Shown piece by piece: positions 61,878-64,000 of a DNA stretch of 64,000 nt; position 1 is the first letter of the stretch, and every line of letters begins with the position of its first letter. The stretch is from Phoronis australis (taxonomy: Eukaryota > Animalia > Phoronida): assembly GCA_002633005.1 (NCBI GenBank), contig NMRA01000030.1, forward strand, positions 845,164 through 909,163. Direction: 5' to 3'. Under the pieces are notes generated by a model. The model was not told the origin of the DNA. It saw nothing but the letters and a program-made list of their open reading frames with translations, and searched no databases. The translations under genes were made by a program, and so were the position numbers.

Positions 61878-62006
61878 GAACACATATTTAACCTCATGAA
61901 GAATGACAGCTACACACGCTACCTGCGGTCGGAAATGTACAAAGAAATGGTGGGCGGGCAAAAGAAAAAGGTATTCACGAGTTTGCCAAGGAAGATCCGT
62001 TTCTGA
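61878..62006 (+). CDS. RGS7: RGS7-like coding exon M (RGS domain end); ends either at a donor after 61970 or at the read-through stop 62004-62006
   Basis: tcttcag|GAA, encodes EHIFNLMKNDSYTRYLRSEMYKEMVGGQKKK. It is followed by AAG|gtattc, a possible donor. Without splicing it continues VFTSLPRKIRF-TGA. Confidence 0.9.
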   Translation, partial: EHIFNLMKNDSYTRYLRSEMYKEMVGGQKKKVFTSLPRKIRF

Positions 62007-62644
62007 GTCTTTCTGTCTGCCCTGCTTTAAAACCCTTGCTCAACTTCCTATCGTTCAGCTGATTGTTGTGTGAAACTATCAGGAGGTTCATTGACTCTCT
62101 ACAGTCTGTGCTATATTCAGTAGGACTTGACCTGGGAATCACTTTGTTACTTAGGGTCGCAAATTTGAGTTGCGCTTAGAAACATTATGTTAATTTGCTA
62201 TTGACCACATTTGAGGAGTTTTAATGTGTTGAAATTGGCCACTACTCTGTACAATGAGTTTACAAATTTTTTTTATTTGGAAATGGTTGTATTTACTGCC
62301 TCTTGATGTAGTCTCAGTGTGGGCTGCTATCTGCACCTCTTGCATATATGCAAACAATGCAACAAAAAAACTTTCTAGGTGACTTAAAGTCAGATTCTAC
62401 TGCATGACTAAATGACTAGAGATGAGAACTGTTTACAATTCTTTGCTGCTGGTGATGTTTGTTGTTAGTGATTGGCTATCTTAAAAGGTATATTCACAGG
62501 CATTTCATATGTCCATAGAATTAGATTAATATTGATTGTACATTCCACCCCCTTCACTGACGTTGTTGATCTAAAATGGAACTAGCTGCAGGCATCGTTC
62601 TCAGGCAAAGTATGTGTTAAAATGTTCACCATCATTCAGATTCA

Positions 62645-63190
62645 GCAGATATGAGGAACCCAACTCACTCATTGACTCACAGTGTCTGGTAATGCAGATA
62701 TGAGGAACCCAACTCACTCATTGACTCAGTGTCTGGTACTCTGGAAGACATGGGTCTAACGTCTTATTTGATTATTGGGAGGACATGAGTCAAGCGCCTT
62801 CTGTGATCATCCAGAAGATATGAGAGTCAAATGCCTTGTCTGATCATTAGGAAGACATGAGTTAGATGTCTTGTCTGATCATTAGGAAGACATGAGTTAG
62901 ATGTCTTGTCTGATCATTAGGAAGACATGAGTTAGATGTCTTGTCTGATCCATCCAGATGATACTAGTCAAATGTCGTTTCTGATGAATCCAGGAGACAT
63001 GAGAGTCAAACGTGTTGTCTGATCACCGGGAAGACTTGAGTCAGCATCTTGTCAAAGCATCAGGAAGACATGAATCAGCTTCTTGTCTGTTCATCAGGAT
63101 AGCACGAGTCTGACATCTTGTCTGTTCATCGGGAAGACACAAGTCAAACTTGTTATCTCTGATCATCCACAAGGCATGAGTCAAACGTCT
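62645..63190. repeat. ~50-bp duplication followed by a 35-bp minisatellite (gaagacatgagttagatgtcttgtctgatcattag), about 13 copies
   Basis: Directly visible downstream of exon M. Confidence 0.88.
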
Positions 63191-64000
63191 TTTATATCAT
63201 GTGTTACGTGGCTCTAAAGAGCTGTGCTTTTCGTATATTAATTATTCACCTTCTCAAATCTTAACCTTGGGAGTTTACCTTTAAGGCGTTCAAAGATAGT
63301 TATCACAATAGTATACGTACTCCTGCATAATATTTGCCATCAAAATGATTCATTTACATTAATTTTGAATTTTTTGGCTTTAGAATTTTGTTTGCTTTTA
63401 TGATGCTGTTAGACCATCAGTTAGAAATATTGTGATGTCTAAACGTGACTATGAGACGATGGCATAGTTTTTAATTGTTAAAATTTTAAGCTGTTTTAAT
63501 CTAATACTTACATGAAGTTGTGGAAGCTCATTCTCTGTTGTGGTAATTAAGCTACAGAATGGTTTTTGACAGTGCAAGCAAATTTTGCCAACTGCGTTAT
63601 TGTTGGTGAAATGCTTTTTGGTGGAGTCGGTGAATTGTGCAACGCTTAGACACACTGCACGAGTTCAGTTTTGAGAACTTTCATGTGGTTGTTACTATTT
63701 CTCTCATCTTAAACATGTCTCATGCTTACCTATGCTAGGTGATGGACATTATCATTCATCCAACTCTGTAGTTCATGACATTTGTTTGTTTTGTGCTTTT
63801 TCTAACTTATTCGTGCTGTTGTGCTTTGGAGTTTTGTTTGTTATGTTTTATTTTTGTTGTTTTATATGAGGGAAGAGTTTTAACTTTGTGTTTTAGCTCA
63901 CACTCACATGTAGTATATGTTTAACCATGGATCAATTTATGATTTGGGGTCGAGTATTGACATCACCAAACCTGTTCGCCACCTTGTCAGTATTGTACAT

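Overview
Animal (most likely marine invertebrate) nuclear DNA, AT-rich and repeat-dense. It is not prokaryotic, so most ORFs in the six-frame track are spurious. The only host gene is an R7-family regulator of G-protein signalling (RGS6/RGS7, EGL-10 orthologue) on the + strand. I reconstructed 13 GT-AG coding exons from 35900 to 61970/62006 that splice in frame to about 430-441 aa (DEP-DHEX-GGL-RGS). The canonical first coding exon was not found, so 1-35899 is probably intron, with one candidate alternative first exon at 33990-34049. The rest is transposon debris and minisatellites: a 5'-truncated CR1/L2-group LINE, other LINE fragments, Tc2/pogo-like, hAT-like, Academ-like, Harbinger-like and Kolobok-like MITEs, and two families of non-autonomous Helentron-like (HINE/DINE-1-type) elements. 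Two observations stand out. (1) One HINE family carries a ~445-bp higher-order tandem array with a same-orientation CTCF-consensus motif about every 147 bp, and the other carries YY1-like motifs. (2) Three exons have intronic tandem repeats built from their own 3' end plus splice donor. I found no new protein-coding system. All calls were made by eye, without database searches.
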